Assembly: GCA_965222225.1 (NCBI GenBank)
Contig: CBDCTK010000002.1
Span: 5,440,001 to 5,504,000, forward strand
From: Candidatus Poribacteria bacterium
GTDB taxonomy: Bacteria > Poribacteria > WGA-4E > JAJDTR01
Direction of reading: 5' to 3'
DNA length: 64,000 nucleotides
In this document: piece after piece, positions 62,333 through 64,000 of the stretch
Numbering within the stretch: the stretch's first letter is position 1
Layout: every line of letters starts with the position of its first letter
Notes under the pieces: model-generated
Database searches by the model: none
Seen by the model: the letters and a program-made list of their open reading frames with translations, nothing else
Told to the model about the DNA's origin: nothing
Position numbers and translations under genes: made by a program

Positions 62333-63781
62333 ATGGCGGATTCGCGCCCCAATTTAATACTAATCATGTGCGATCAGATGCGGTGGGATGCTGCCGGATT
62401 CGCCGGAAGTTCCACGGTTCAGACTCCTCACCTCGATCGGTTGGCAGCGAACGGTGTTTGCTTTGAAAACGCTTATTGCGCATCCCCGGTTTGTTCACCT
62501 GCTCGCGCGAGTTGGTTGAGCGGTCTATATCCGCATGCCCATCTTCAACTGCGAAATTATGGTTCCGCTAGGATGGGCAAGTTCGGTTGCTATCTACCTC
62601 CCGATTGCATAACTATCGGTGATGTTCTCAAAGCTGCCGGCTACCGCTGCGGCATGGTAGGTCCATGGCATCTGGGCGAAGACCACAATCCACAACACGG
62701 GTTCACCGATTTCTGGCGCGCCTATCGTTATCAGGGCGATTACCCGGATCCGTTGTTTGATTATTTTGAACAGGAAGGGGTTCCAAACCTCTATCTCCCG
62801 GACGCGCCCGGGATGACGCTCTATGAAAATACGCTAGAATTTGGTACAATAGACGACCCTCGGCAGCAACGAACCACTTGGACGGTTGACCGGGGTATCG
62901 AATTCATCCAGGGGGCAGATGGAGCGCCATTCTTTCTATTTGCCAGTATCAAGGACCCGCATCCCAGAATCTTGGTACCGCCCGAGCTTCTAGAACACTA
63001 TCCGGAAGATCAGATACGACTCTCTTCCTCCTTGCGGGATTCACTTGAGGGAAAACCCGAGTTTCAGAAAAGGGGAAAATTTCGCATTCGTCCGACGGTA
63101 ACCGACGAGCAATTTCGCCGGATGATGGCTTACTATTACGCCCTCATTACGCACATTGATGCTGAAGTCGGGCGTATCCTCAAAACGCTTGAAGAACGAA
63201 ATCTTATTGACAACACGATAGTCGTCTTCATTAGCGATCACGGTGAGTTGCTAGGCGACCACGGCTATGTGGAGAAATGCCTAATGTATGAGGCGTCGGT
63301 ACGAGTGCCGTGCCTAATCTCATGGCCCGAGCAGTTGCCGAGCGGGGCCCGCGTCACTGCGCCGCTCGCCGGTGTCGATTTAATGCCGACGTTGCTCGAC
63401 CTCGTAAATGAAGTTCCGCCAACACCAATTGATGGGCACTCCGTAGCAGAGGCGATTCTGAATGGACGAGAGCCTGAGCGCCAGCCGATCTTCGCCGAAA
63501 TCGCCAGTCTTAACGCGATTTATCATGGTGCTCAAGAGCCGGAACAGCTTGCTGCCCACGTAATGGTGCGTGATGAGAATTGGAAATACATTTGGAACCG
63601 TTTCGATATCGACGAACTGTACGACTTGAATGCAGACCCGGGTGAGATGAAAAATGTCGCCAGCGATTCCGATCAGCGCAATCGGGCTGCATTGATGCGT
63701 GAGCAAATCGTCGAGATGATTTGCCATACAGGTCCCGGCCCCTACGAATGGTGTTTACTTGAAAGAGAAAAGAATGAGTAG
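62333..63781 (+). CDS. Cys-type sulfatase (choline-sulfatase/arylsulfatase-like)
   Basis: PNLILIMCDQ, CSPARAS, SDHGE and ELYDLNADPGE. Confidence 0.93.
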   Translation: MADSRPNLILIMCDQMRWDAAGFAGSSTVQTPHLDRLAANGVCFENAYCASPVCSPARASWLSGLYPHAHLQLRNYGSARMGKFGCYLPPDCITIGDVLKAAGYRCGMVGPWHLGEDHNPQHGFTDFWRAYRYQGDYPDPLFDYFEQEGVPNLYLPDAPGMTLYENTLEFGTIDDPRQQRTTWTVDRGIEFIQGADGAPFFLFASIKDPHPRILVPPELLEHYPEDQIRLSSSLRDSLEGKPEFQKRGKFRIRPTVTDEQFRRMMAYYYALITHIDAEVGRILKTLEERNLIDNTIVVFISDHGELLGDHGYVEKCLMYEASVRVPCLISWPEQLPSGARVTAPLAGVDLMPTLLDLVNEVPPTPIDGHSVAEAILNGREPERQPIFAEIASLNAIYHGAQEPEQLAAHVMVRDENWKYIWNRFDIDELYDLNADPGEMKNVASDSDQRNRAALMREQIVEMICHTGPGPYEWCLLEREKNE

Positions 63782-64000
63782 ATATCTTTCAATTTGTGTA
63801 CTCGTAGTTATTTGCTGGAGTGGGGACGCATCTAGAAGTGTCAAGGCTGACGAGGGAGAAGGAATTGAGGGGCTTGCCGAGGCGATACCTATCCTAGGAA
63901 AACAAGCCAAAAAGGAAAGTTTGGAGACCCTAGTCCCTCTTGAGATCGGTCTCAAGAAACAACTGCTTGTTGATGACTACATCGTTGCCGAAAAGAGGAA
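63774..64000 (+). CDS. Secreted GH32-like protein, paralog of 53917-55458, 3'-partial
   Basis: MSRYLSICVLVVIC.. followed by GLKKQLLVDDYIVAEK. The frame is open to the window end. Confidence 0.75.
   Translation, partial: MSRYLSICVLVVICWSGDASRSVKADEGEGIEGLAEAIPILGKQAKKESLETLVPLEIGLKKQLLVDDYIVAEKR

Overview
Gene-dense bacterial window. The HEAT and beta-propeller repeat proteins, PhyH, sulfatase and GH32-like genes suggest a Candidatus Poribacteria-like organism, which is inference only. From left to right: metabolic genes (1-5.3 kb); a 15.6 kb cluster of three paralogous ~1,310-1,350 aa secreted multi-propeller proteins (one split by IS1595) plus an acidic putative outer-membrane protein; a gene resembling animal selenoprotein N, with an in-frame UGA and a SECIS-like hairpin; a housekeeping block (HEAT lipoprotein, fused glyQS, recO, tRNA-Pro, corC-like, ybeY, phoH, tatD, maf, ppiD-like, ogg); and an accessory region (48-62 kb). 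That region holds a second IS1595, a broken SIR2 defence gene, a deleted Cre-like recombinase and seven paralogous secreted Gly-rich repeat genes. Six of the seven are directly followed by the 5' end of that recombinase, and five sit with a HicBA toxin-antitoxin pair in a block bounded by a duplicated sulfatase 5' end. The two best candidates for undescribed biology are the recombinase-stub cassette array and the bacterial SelN-like selenoprotein. All alignments were made by eye and no database searches were run.
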